A DNA stretch of 64,000 bases from Scyliorhinus canicula (GCF_902713615.1 NC_052152.1:46165810-46229809), one strand, 5' to 3'. Shown: positions 1-12,000, numbered from the stretch's first letter. A program made the numbers and translations. Notes: generated from the sequence alone by a model not told the origin.

Positions 1-2353
1 AAATTAAGCTTATGGAGAGTCCCCCAACTCCTGGCCACCTGCACCCCCAGGTATCTGAAACTCATCACTGCCCTCTTAAATGGGAGCCTCCCAATTCCCT
101 CCTCTTGATCTCCCGGGTGTACTACAAATACCTCGCTCTTGCCTAAATTTAACTTATAGCCCGAGAAGCCCCCGGCATTCCGCTAACAGGTCCATCACCC
201 CCGGCATTCCCCCTTCTGGGTCCGCCACATACAACAGCAGGTCGTCCGCATACAGCGATACACGATGTTCCTCTCCACCCCGCACCAGACCCCTCCATCT
301 CCCTAACTCCCTCAACGCCATAGCCAGAGGTTCAATCGCCAGTGCAAAGAGCAAGGGGGACAGGGGGCACCCCTGCCTGGTCCCACGGTAGAGCCTAAAG
401 TACTCCGATCTCCTTCCATTTGTAACTACACTCGCCATCGGAGCCGCGTAGAGCAGCCTCACCCATTTGACGAATCCCTCCCCAAATCCAAACCGCTCCA
501 GCACCTCCCACAGGTACCCCCACTCAACTCTATCAAACGCTTTCTCTGCGTCCAGCGCCACCACTATCTCCGCCTCCCCCTCCACTGTCGGCATCATGAT
601 AACGTTTAGCAGTCTCCGCACATTCGTGTTGAGCTGCCGTCCCTTGACAAATCCTGTCTGATCTTCGTGTATCACCCCGGCACACAATCCTCTATCCTGG
701 TGGCCAGGATCTTCGCCAGCAACTTGGCGTCAACATTGAGGAGCGAGATAGGCCTGTATGATCCACACTGCAAGGCGTCCTTATCCCGCTTCAGGATCAG
801 AGAGATCAGTGCCCGCGACATCGTCGGGGGCAAAGCCCCCCCCTCCCATGCCTCATTGAAGGCTCGCACCAACAAGGGGCCCACCAGATCTGCATACTTT
901 TTATAAAATTCCACCGGGAACCCGTCCGGCCACGGGGCCTTACCTGACTGCATTTGTCCAATACCCCTGACTAGCCCCGAGCCACCTCTACCAGCTCCTC
1001 TTGAACCCTTGGGAAACATAGCCTGTTCATGAAGCTCTCCATCCCCCCTCTCCCCATCGGAGGTTCCGACCGGTACAGTTCCTCGTAGAAGTCCCTAAAG
1101 ACCCCATTTACTTCTGTCCCCTTCTGCACTACATTCCCACCCCCATCCGTCACTCCACCAATTTCCCTAGCAGCATCTCGCCTACAGAGCTGATGCGCCA
1201 ACATCCTGCTCGCCTTCTCCCCATACTCATATACCGCGCCCTGCGCCCTCCTCCACTGTGTCTCCGCCTTTCTGGTGGTCAACAAGTCAAATTTGGCCTG
1301 CAAACTATGCCGTTCCCCCAGCAACCCCTCCTCCAGTGCCTCCGCGTATCTCCTGTCCACATCCAGGAGCTCCCCCACCAGTCTCTCCCTCTCCCTCCTC
1401 TCCCTCCTTTCCCTATGGGCCCGGATGGAGATCAGCTCCCCCCGGATCACTGCTTTCAGAGCCTACCAGACCATCCCCACCCGGACCTCCCCCGTGTCAT
1501 TGGTATCAAGATACCCCTCAATACTTCTCCGGACCCTCCTACACACCTCCTCATCAGCCAGCATCCCCACATCCAGGCGCCAGAGCAGGCGCTGGTCCCG
1601 CTCCTCCCCCATCTCCAGATCAACCAAGTGCGGAGCATGGTCTGAAATCGCTATGGCCGAATACTCGGCATCCTGCACCTTCGGGATCAATCCCCTGCTC
1701 AGGACTAAAAAATCTATTCGGGAATAAACCCTATGGACATGAGAGAAAAAGGAATACTCCCGCGCTCTCGGCCTCCCAAACCTCCAGGGGTCCACCCCTC
1801 CCATCTGGTCCATGAATCCCCTCAGCACTTTGGCCACCGCCGGTCTCCTACCCGTCCTTGAACTGGACCGGTCCAGTGGGGGATCCAGCACTGTGTTAAA
1901 GTCTCCCCCCATGATCAGGCCCCCTGCCTCCAGGTCCGGAATGCGGCCCAACAAGCGCCTCATGAAGCCAGCATCATCCCAATTCGGGGCATATGCATTA
2001 ACCAGCACCACCTTCTCTCCCTGCAGCCTACCCTTCACCATAATATATCTGCCCTCCTTGTCCGACACCACCTCAGCCGCCTCGAACGCCACCCTCTTCC
2101 CCACCAGAATCGCCACCCCCCGGTTCTTCGCGTCCAATCCTGAGTGAAAAACCTGCCCCACTCACCCTTTCCTCAGACGAACCTGGTCCGCCACCTTCAG
2201 GTGGGTCTCCTGGAGCATAGCCACGTCCGCCTTCAACCCCTTCAGATGAGAAAATACCCTAGTTCTCTTAACCGGCCCATTCAGCCCCCTCACGTTCCAA
2301 ATAATCAGCCGGATCAGAGGGCAACCCTCCCCCCTCCCCCGCCGGCTAGCCAT
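1..2353 (-). pseudogene. L1 ORF2p (APE endonuclease + reverse transcriptase), disrupted
   Basis: WNVRGLN, MLQETH, GGDFN, YSRIDF and SDH endonuclease motifs; DAEKAFDRV, GTRQGCPLSP and LYADD RT motifs. Stops at 2162-2164 and 1463-1465, with frameshifts near 1000, 680 and 160. Confidence 0.92.
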
Positions 2354-2984
2354 AGCTTGTCGACTGCTCGCCCCGCCCGACCCGTTCCCCATGGCGATAA
2401 CGCCTCTCCTCTACCCCCCCCGGCCCACACCAGCTCCTTCCTGGCCATTCCAGCAGCAACCCGGTATCCCCCCCCCCCCCCCACCACCCCCAGGCTAGGA
2501 CCCCTCCTAGCTGCGGCGCACCCTCCATGGTACTTCCGTGAGTCAGCTGACTTCTGCTGACCCCGGCAGCTCCCGCCAAAACCTATCCCCTCCCGGCATG
2601 GGGTCATCCCCCTCTTGACACACCTCCTTGGCACCGCTTCAGCGCGGGAAAGAAAACCAGTAGAGGCCACGCCCCCACCACCAGCTCCGTCCCCCCTGCC
2701 CCGCAGCGCGGGAAACCAGAGGAAAGCCCGCGCTTTCACACTGCCACACCCCACCCTTCTGACGCAGCTCCCCAAAATACAGTTTCACCCCAATCCCGAG
2801 CCCCGTACTGAAGAGAACATATAAAATACAAACCCCCAACATTCCCCACATACCCCACCCCCATACCCAACAAACAGACCCACCCGGAAACAGAGCAAAA
2901 GAAAACCAGCATAAAAAACACACATGTCAAAGTTAAAGAACAGCAACAGCGAAAACAGCAACGGCCATAGTCTGTCCCCAGGCC

Positions 2985-3515
2985 CTAGTTCGAGTCCAGC
3001 TTCTCCGCCTGTACAAAGGCCCACGCCTCCTCCGGGGACTCGAAGTAGTGGTGCCGGTCCTTGTATGTCACCCACAGGCGCGCAGGCTGCAGCATTCCAA
3101 ATCTGACCTGCTTGGCATGCAGCACCGCCTTCGTCCGGTTGAACCCGACCCGCCGCTTAGCCACCTCCGCACTCCAGTCCTGGTAGATTCTCACTACCGA
3201 ATGCTCCCACTTGCTGCTCCTCTCTTTCTTGGCCCAGCGCAGCACACACTCACGGTCGCTGAATCGATGGAACCGCACCAGCACCGCCCTCGGGGGCTCA
3301 TTTGCCTTAGGCCTCCTGGCCAGCACTCTGTGAGCTCCCTCAAGCTCCAGGGGCAAATGGAAGGACCCCGCCCCCATCAACGAGCTCAACATCGTGGTCA
3401 CATACGCCGGGAGATCCGACCCCTCCAGCCCCTCCGCCAGGCCCAGGATCCTCAAATTCTTTCGCCTCGTATGAACGTCCAGCTCCTCCAAGCGGTCTTG
3501 CCACTTTTTCCTCAT
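2985..3515 (-). pseudogene. L1 ORF1p C-terminal part (RRM/CTD)
   Basis: LEELDVHTRRKNLRILGLAEG...LEGAHR...PPRAVLVRFHRF...IYQDWS...FGMLQPARLWVT; the N-terminus is missing. Confidence 0.85.
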
Positions 3516-4858
3516 TCCTCATCTCTTACCATTAAAGATTGACTAGCCCCTGTATCTCTTAAAATGGTGACTTCTTTACCTGCTCCTCCTGATACACATG
3601 AGTAAACTTTACCCACACAAGTAAATTCTTTAAAGGCATCTGGTACCTTCTTAACAATTACTTCTTGAACAGGCTGTACAATCATTTGCACCTCCTTTGT
3701 TTCCCTTGGGCTTTCCTTTACCACTCTAACAAATCCCACTGTCTTATCCTGTTTTACCACATCAGCCTTCCCAGTGCTTTTCTTCAACCACCAACACTGT
3801 GACTTTACATGGCCTAGTTTATTACAGTGAAAACATTTGAAACTTTTCATTTCTTTTCCACCCTCCTAGATTTCTTTTTTAATCTGAGGTACACTCTCTT
3901 TATTGTCTACCATCAGATCACCTTTACCTTTACCACTTGAGTATTTCTCATGTCCCCAGTTTCTATCCCTCACCGGCTGAAACTGATTTCGGAAACCAAT
4001 CTTTGATTTATGAACTAATTCATAATCATCTGCCATTTCTGCTGCTAAGCTCGCAGTTCTAACCCTCTGTTCTTCCACATGAGTTCTCACTACATCAGGA
4101 ATTGAATTTTTAATCTCCTCCAAAAGTATAATTTCTCTGAGAGCTTCATACGTTTATTTTCAAAGCCCTTATCCACCTATCAAAATTACTCTGTTTGAGC
4201 CTTTCAAATTCCATGTATGTTTGACCAAATTCTTTCCTTAAATTTCTAAACCTTTGTCTGTAAGCTTCAGGCACTAGCTCATATGCACTTAAGATGGATT
4301 TCTTCACCTCCTCATATGTTCCAGATACCTCCTCCGGTAGTGATGCAAACACTTCACTCGCCCTACCTACCAGCTTTGTTTGAATCTGTAATACCCACAT
4401 GTCCTGTGGCCATTGCATTTGTTTAGCTACCTTCTCAAATGAAATGAAAAAGGCTTCTACCTCCTTCTTGTCAAACCTTGGCAATGCTTGGACATATTTA
4501 AATAGATCCCCACCACGTCTTCGACTATGACGCTCTGTCTCATTATCCTCATCCATCTCCTCCAGCTGATTTTCATGTTTCAGAGCCATTTTACGAAGTT
4601 CAAACTCTCTCTCTTTTTCCCTTTCCTCTCTATCTCTTTTTTTTTCTTTCTTCTCTCTTCTTTTCTTTTTCCTCTCTATCTCTTTCTTTTTCTTTCATTG
4701 CATATTCAAGCCTCTTTAATTCTTTGTCATGTTCAAGTTGCTTTCATTCTTTTTCATGTTCAAATTGCTTAATCTGCAACTGGAGCTTTGTCATATCTAA
4801 TGAGTCAGAATGTATCACAGGCAAACGTAAATGCAAAGTTACCGCGTTAATTACCTCA
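3516..4858 (-). pseudogene. Gypsy gag (SCAN-like + CCHC) and N-terminal protease, frameshifted
   Basis: ORFs 4146-4589 (YELVPEAYRQRFRNL), 3866-4123 (EEIKNSIP...LAAEMADDY) and 3512-3850 (CCHC, DTGAS). Confidence 0.85.
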
Positions 4859-4916
4859 CTGGAACCAATGTCCTAGGGGGTGCTTTTGCTAACACTGTTG
4901 GGGAGGTTTTAAACTA

Positions 4917-6338
4917 ATGTGGCAGGGGGATGGGAACCAGATTAGGAAGTTAGAGGTCAGTAAAGAAGCAGCAACTAAAGACAGTAAGGTACGAGATAAT
5001 AAACCTCATGTGACTAAGGGGCAGAGTCGACAGGGAAGAGATGATCAACGCAAAGGGACAGGTGGTCTGTTGTGCATTTGTTTTAATGCGAGAAGTGTAG
5101 CAGGTAAGGCAGATGAACTTAGGGCTTGGATCAGTACCTGGGAATATAATGCTATTGGTATTACTGAGACTTGGTTGAGGGAAGGGCAGGACTGGCAACT
5201 GAATATCCCAGGGTATAGATGCTTCAGGAGGGATAGAGAGGGAGGTAAAAGGGGTGGAGGAGTTGCATTGCTCGTCAGAGATTATATCACAGCTGTGATT
5301 AAGGAGGGCACGATAGAGGATTCGAGCACTGAGGCAATATGGGTGGAGCTAAGAAATAGGAAGGGTGCAGTAACATTGTTGGGACTTTACTACAGGCCTC
5401 CCAAAAGTGAGCATGAAGTAGAGGTACAAATATGCAGACAGATTATAGAAAAATGTAGGAGCAATAGGGTGGTTGTGATGGGAGATTTTAACTTCCCCAT
5501 CATTGAATGGGATTTGTGTAGTGTTGGAGGCGTAGATGGAGCAGAGTTTGTAAGGAGCATCCAGGAGAGTTTTTTAGAGCAGTATGTAAATAGTCCAACT
5601 TGGGAAGGGGCCATACTGGACCTGGTATTGGGGAATGATCCCGGCCAGGTGGTTGATGTTTCAGTCGGTGATTACTTTGGGAATAGCGATCACAATTCCG
5701 TAAGTTTTAGAATACTCATGGACAAGGACAAGAGTGGTCCGAAAGGAAGAGTACTAAATTGGGGAAAGGCAGAGTATAACAAAATTCGGCAGGAGCTAGG
5801 GAATGTGGATTGGGAGCAGCTGTTTAAAGGTAAATCCACATTTGAAATGTGGGAGTCTTTTAAGGAAAGGTTGATTAGAGTGCAGGACAGACATGTTCCT
5901 GTGAAAATGAGAGATAGAAATGGCAAGATTAGGGAACCATGGATGACGGGTGAAATTGTGAGACTAGCTAAAATGAAAAAGGAAGCATATGTAAGATCGA
6001 GGCGACTCAAAACTGATGAAGCTTTGGAGGAATATCGGGAAAGTAGGACGGATCTCAAACGCGCAATAAAAAGGGCTAAAAGGGGTCATGAAATATCTTT
6101 GGCTAACAGGGTTAAGGAAAATCCCAAAGCCTTTTATTCGTATGTAAGGAGCAAGAGGGTAACTAGGGAAAGGATTGGCCCACTCAAAGACAAGAGAGGG
6201 AATTTATGCGTGGACTCAGAGGAAATGGGTGAGATTCTTAATGAGTACTTTGCATCGGTATTCACAAAGGAGAGGGACATGACGGATGTTGAGGCTAGGG
6301 ATGGATGTTTAAATACTCTAGGTCAAGTTGTCATATGG
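4917..6338 (+). CDS. CR1 ORF2 N-terminal half (APE endonuclease)
   Basis: FNARS, IGITETW, GGGVALL, LYYRPP, MGDFN, ILDLVL and SDH motifs; the frame is cut by the provirus LTR at 6339. Confidence 0.9.
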
Positions 6339-7333
6339 TGTTGCTCGTTTTACTGGAGTGTGATTAACACGCCTCTGTTTAAAGGCCGTGTGCTTAACAC
6401 TACTATAGCTCTGTATGTGTAATTATGCTCGGAGTCGCCAGGTGCCGTATTTAGACACCGTCACAAGTATATCAAGGTCAGGTTCAAAGTAATAAATCCG
6501 TACACCGATTAGTAAGTCCAAACGATTGGTGTTTATTACAACAAATATAATAAATACACATGCATACGCTAAAGAGACTAACTTACTTCTAATACTAAAC
6601 AACTAAATACTTATCTAGACAGGAACAGGCAAGGTCAGGGAACAAGGCCTTCGTCCCGTTCTTGGTCTGCAACTTTCTGATTCGTAAGGTTGTCAGGATC
6701 TAGCAAGGTCTGGATCACGTAGCGATCGTTGTATTGGCACTTACAGTTCGATGGCTGAGGCTCAACGGCTGGTGATGAAACTGGAGTCAGGATGCGATGT
6801 AACAAACAACAAACTTGGGTCGGAGTAAGCAAGCAGTCCTGAGCCGGAGCAAAACAGCAGAGCCGGAGCAACAACAGACCGAACCATGTGCGGGGTCTAC
6901 TCTTATAGGTCCTAGAAGTCCGTGCCCCCTTGGGGCGGTTCTTTTACCTGCCAGGTATCGATTGGGCCTCTCCCAATCGATATCTTCCAAACCCCCCAAT
7001 CTGAGGGTCGTTCCTCGATGGGTGGGCGGTCCCTACGGCTCTTTGTGTTGGTTGCTGTGGCGCCATTCTGTCTGGGCGTCTACGGAAAAGTATCCATTGA
7101 TACTTAAATGTTTCTATTGTGCGGGGTCTGGATCTGGATCACCTCATTACTATGCAGATCTGTTTCCATTTGCACCTTTGGCTGAAACTCTGCACCTGGC
7201 CAAAAACTGGTTTCTGTACGTGCAGAATGCAAATTAGTCTTCTGCAAGCTGCATGCCCTCACTAAGACTGTTTTTCCCTGCAGCCTTAGCAGTTCTCCAT
7301 TTTGTAGCCCAGTGTCCATCTTAGATGGCTACA
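6339..7333 (-). repeat. 3' LTR of provirus (995 bp)
   Basis: Direct repeat of 15337-16332 with about 14 differences by manual comparison. TG/CA ends; minus-strand AATAAA at 6532-6537. Confidence 0.97.
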
Positions 7334-7343
7334 TTCCCTCCTT
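7334..7343 (-). promoter_or_regulatory. Polypurine tract
   Basis: Minus-strand AAGGAGGGAA directly abuts the TGTAGCC start of the 3' LTR. Confidence 0.8.
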
Positions 7344-7698
7344 GTGATCCTCACAAGAAATTGTGAAGGATCACCTATGCACGTTTCTTCGAGTGCCTTT
7401 GGGTTCCCTCTTTGGGTTCCCTGACCTTAGCAAGTTCCTGGGCGTCTACTCTGTCTTTAACTATGGCAAGAAAATTTTTTATCTCACAATTCTACTTGGC
7501 GCTATGTCAAAGGGGACATGCATTACCAATAACCGGGAACCTCTACCTATCACAACTACTATCCTTATCTCATTTTAAACATTTTATTACAGTCCAAAAA
7601 CCTTATCCATTCACACCACATTACATATCACTTTCTGACTCGGCAGTCGAGTTCAGAACAATATAATACATTAGGGTCTTCTTTATTAACATATTGCT

Positions 7699-8046
7699 TT
7701 ATTCATCAAGGGGTTGGGGGGATTGGTGAAAACCGAAAATAGGGGATTGAACTCCGTAAATGGTTGAGGGGCAGGAACGGGAGGCTCTCCTTTTCCATTT
7801 CCTCAACCTGAGGGTCTGTACTTTTACGCAGAGAATTGCAATCACCAACAGTGATTCAATCACGTACGACATTGAGTACCATGTCATGAATTTTGTGCAG
7901 CAGGTCTGAACTTCGCTGATCAGTGCTGAGCACGGGGGAGTTGGTGTGAGGGAAACATTAACGGCGGGGGTTGTGGGGGAAACGTGACTTGCTTCCACAT
8001 ATACAAATACAACAACGTTTAAAACTAATAGGTAGGCTTCCATCAT
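7699..8046 (-). CDS. Small predicted type I membrane protein (115 aa) at the env position of the provirus
   Basis: AAGACC-ATG Kozak context; hydrophobic signal peptide ending VEA; NVS sequon; P/T-rich and Cys-containing ectodomain; TM YVIESLLVIAILCV; polybasic RLRKWKRR. Confidence 0.7.
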   Translation of the reverse strand: MMEAYLLVLNVVVFVYVEASHVSPTTPAVNVSLTPTPPCSALISEVQTCCTKFMTWYSMSYVIESLLVIAILCVKVQTLRLRKWKRRASRSCPSTIYGVQSPIFGFHQSPQPLDE

Positions 8047-8166
8047 GGTCTTCTCTTCGTTCTCTTTGTCCTCTTCCTTCTGTATGGCCGATCCTTGCCG
8101 TGAATCCTCTTTCGACCTTCGAAAGCTATGGGATCAAGCACAGTATCTGTCAATACTGGTATTGAC

Positions 8167-8348
8167 TGGGGCTGGTTTAGCTCACTCAGCTAAATCGCTG
8201 GCTTTTATAGCAGATCAAGCAGGCCAGCAGCACGGTTCAATTCCCGTACCAGCCTCCCCGGACAGGCGCCGGAATGTGGCGACTAGGGGCTTTTCACAGT
8301 AACTTCATTGAAGCCTACTCGTGACAATAAGCGATTTTCATTTCATTT
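8167..8348 (+). mobile_element. tRNA-derived SINE inserted in the provirus
   Basis: A-box-like TAGCTCACTCAG, B-box GGTTCAATTCC and a TTTCA-repeat tail. TCAATAC is duplicated at 8150-8156 and 8349-8355. Confidence 0.85.
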
Positions 8349-9078
8349 TCAATACACAGTTTAATATCCGTACTTGTTAGTGTATCTGTCCTCTCATTCC
8401 AATTGACCCTTAAATGACTGGCCAAGTCACACCCTGTGACTCCCCTCATTTTTTTTTTCAAAAGCGAATTTAGGAGCAGAAATACACCTAACAACTCTCC
8501 TCCTGCGAGCCGTCTCGCAGGCCTTGCCAATTTACCATCCGAATGTTCCTGGATGTAAATAGCATGTGGGATGGCGGCCTAAGGGCTACCTAACGAAAAA
8601 TGAAACAAAGTTTTGAAACAAAAAGGTCGAATGGGTTGCGTATGGGCTGCTACGGGTAAGATTTGGATGGGATCCCCGGGTAAGGCGTGCTGTGCCATAC
8701 CCGAGCTTGGCTGACCAAAGTGGGTTCTCAGACAGGGCGGGTCCTCAGTGCCGTTTCTCCACTGCCTGAGTAACCTGGAATGAACGGGCAAGAATGTGTT
8801 AACCGTGAGATTGCAGCCTCTATTCACCGAATAGAGGGGCACCTGAAAAACAAGGGAGGAGCCAAGATGCTTCTTGTGAAAAGTTGAGCTGTGCTCCAGA
8901 CATTTTAGCCATAATGTGAGCTGGTCACAATCTTTTCAGCTGAAAAGATCTGCAATCAAACCCTTAATATATCAACAAGCAAACAAAAATAAACTAACAA
9001 ACAAAACATACGTGCAGGTTCCATCAGAAAGGATATCGCTTCCCTCAAGCGGTTCCTATTTTACATCATCTGGACACC

Positions 9079-12000
9079 TCACTTTTCCTCTGCCTCTGTG
9101 AACAGGGTCACAAAGGGGTTGCCGTATCGGGAGTCAGACACCGTGTCGTCCTGCTCTCCCGGATCCCACACCCTTGTGTGGATCAGGCATGCAATCTTGG
9201 AATTATGTGACCGGGGGTCACTTTCATCGTTACGGACAAGTCTGTATGAATTGTCCCTGTGCCAAAGTGTGGGGTCTAAACTTGAAGGTGTATTGTCGGG
9301 GTCGTCGGGGTCGGGTGGTGGGTCTGGGTTTTTAACATAGGTGACTTCCATGGGGTCACTGGAGTCGGGGTCGTAGTCGCTACAGTGTGAGCTGTAGGGT
9401 GGAGTGCTGTGGCTGTCCTCAAAGTCAGTGTCAGTATCGCTGTCTCTGCTGTGGCAGCTTGTGGGCGTTTCGGGGCGTGGTCTGTTGTGGTCAGTGGGCA
9501 GAGTCGTGGGCGAGTCCGATGATGAACTGGTCTGTGAGGGGATGGTGGAAACGTGTCTCTAGTGGGCGGGGCGAGATGTTCTGCTGCGTCTAGCAGGACA
9601 TGGTGTGCGTGGTTAGACTGTGTTCCATATGCCTTCAGTTGGTTAATATGGAACCACGCAGTCTTTCCATTGGGGTATTTTATCCTGTAAACTGAGGGGC
9701 TAATTTTGTCCGAAATTGAATAAGGGCCGGAAAATTTTGGTGCCAAAAAACTGCTGGGGTTATACACAGATAGCATTACCTGTTGCCCAACCTGAAATTC
9801 TGTGGGGTGTACGTTCTTATTAAAGCAGGCTGTGCTTTGTTTGCGTCGTTTTCCCAGTTGAACTGCGGCTGCGATCTGTGCAGACCTCACAGTTTCAACT
9901 AGGTCTTTAACAGCTTTCTCATGCGTGAGGGCCGTCACTTCGGGGCTAGTCATGTCCAGTCCTAAAAGGAATTCTGTACCTTTCATAGGGCGTCCGGTCA
10001 TGAGTGTGTGTGGGGTGAATCCTGTGGATGTGGAAACCGTGTTGCGGATAAACATTAGTGCAAATGGGAGTACTGAATCCCATGTTGAATTGTTTTCCTG
10101 AACCATTTTCCTAAGGGTCGATTTTAGGGTCCGATTCATGCGCTCTACAATCCCGCTTGACTGTGGGTGATACGCAATGGGAAAATTTTGTTTAATGCCG
10201 AATATGGTCAGGACGTTCCTCATGACACGTCCTGTGAAGTGAGATCCCTGGTCCGAATCTATACTTCTGGGTAAACCCCATCTCGTGAAGTTGTGGTGGG
10301 TCAGGATCTTTGCAGCTGTCTTAGCTGTATTCGTTCGTGAGGGGAATGCCTCTACCCATTTGGTAAAGGTATCAATTACCACCAGCACGTATTTATAGCC
10401 ATTCCTACAAGGGGGCAATGGTCCTATAAAGTCGATCTGGAGGTTTGTCCAGGGGCCATTAACTGGTCGAGTATGCCGAAGCTGTGCCTTTTTGGAATAC
10501 CTCTCCGGGTTATTCTGGGCGCAAATAAGGCAATTCTCAATGTAATGGGTAACATCGGTCCTTAAGTTAGGCCACCAACAGAGTTGCCTGAGGTGCCTCG
10601 TGGTCGGGTCGATCCCTTGGTGTCCATGTCCGTCATGGAACAAGGCAATCATTTGATTTCTGTCCTGCTGCGGGACCACATAAAGCTGGTCCTTGATGAT
10701 CACACCCTCATGTGTGGTCAAAGCGTGTCGGAACTTATCATACTGGGGCACAAAAGTCCCTTTAAAAATCTCCCTGAGATCTTCATCTTGCTTCTGTGCC
10801 TCGGCTAAATCCCTAATGTCTGTCTGTGAGACTTGAACTGCACTCACAGGGGCGCTAGCTGGTGCGCTAGCTGGGGGTGTCCAAAAGTGTCCTCGCCTGG
10901 AACCTGCTTTAGCCAGTGCGTCGGCTTTTACATTTCCAGGGGGGGATGACCTATGGTGACTTCGAACTTTTATAGTTCCGAAGGTCCTATCCTTCGCTTT
11001 GTCTAGGATGTGGCGGAGTAAAGGGGCTGATGGAAGGGGTTTCCCGTCTGCGGAGACAAAACCTCGTGTCCTCCACAGGGGTAGAAAATCCGTCAAACTG
11101 TTGCAAACATATAGACTGTCCGAATATATGTCTGCCGGGCTGGGGAAAGAATCGGGGTGGTCCACTATGTAAGCTATGGCCGCGAGCTCTGCTGCCTACG
11201 CGCCTAAGTGACCTGGCAATTTTAAAGCTATTTCTTCGAGTGCGCGACCCTGCGTGTCCTCGACATAGATGCCGCATCCAGTGATACGCTCACCATCTAA
11301 AACTGTGGATGAACCGTCCACGTATATCTTCAGTGGGCCACACGTGTCTGTGTGTTGGGGGCTTTGTCTTGGGTTCCCTATCTTCCTGGGGGGTGTCTTC
11401 GCTATGAAGGGTCCTGTGTTGTGTAGGGGTGCTACAATTTCCCATTCATGGGGCTGTCCTGGATATTGGAGGTTGTCGGCTAAATATGTGTGTGTCCGGG
11501 TCCGTTTAACCGTAATGTCCCGTCCTTGTAAAAGTAGTGTCCACCTAGCTGCCCTAATCTGGCTAACTGAACCGTCCTTCAGTCGACCGTCTAGGAGTAA
11601 CTGTGTGGGGGTGTGCTCGGTCAAAATGGTGATGGGGTTGAGTCCGGTAATGTAGGAAAAGTATTGAACTGCCCAGAAAACTGCTAAGAGGTGCCTCTCG
11701 CAGGCTGAGAATCCTTGTTCTACTGGGTCTAAAAATCGGGAGGCATAAGCCACGGGTCGTAGCTGCTCGTGCCGTTCCTGAAGTAACACGGCCGAGAGGG
11801 TCAGATCTGTGCTCGCTACCTCTATTGCATAGGGGGAGAATTGGTCTGGGACTTGTAGCGCGGGTGCTGCGCTAAGGGCTCTCTTTAACTCTTCCACAGC
11901 CTCTGTATGCTGCGGAAGCCATTCCCATGGGGCTCCTTTCTTAAGGAGGTCGGTATGGTTCCGACAGTACCCAACCAGTCCTAAGAACGACCGGAGGGCT

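Larger units (their letters stand above)
1..3515 (-). mobile_element. L1-clade LINE, 5'-truncated within ORF1, inserted into the protease region of the Gypsy element; continues past the left window edge
   Basis: ORF1 3' part at 2985-3515 (RRKNLRILGLAEG, PRAVLVRF, IYQD motifs), ~600 bp spacer, then ORF2 fragments. The junction with Gypsy sequence is at ~3512-3516. Confidence 0.9.

Noticed and set aside
1193-1815. Proline-rich plus-strand ORFs
   Set aside because: They are antisense shadows of the purine-rich L1 ORF2.
8167-8255. tRNA gene (also the heads of other SINEs, e.g. 54209)
   Set aside because: A/B boxes are present, but there is no proper cloverleaf and the head is fused to a SINE body and tail.
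7334-9078. Canonical env gene
   Set aside because: There is no long ORF and no recognisable furin site, fusion peptide, heptad repeat or CX6CC motif in the frames inspected.
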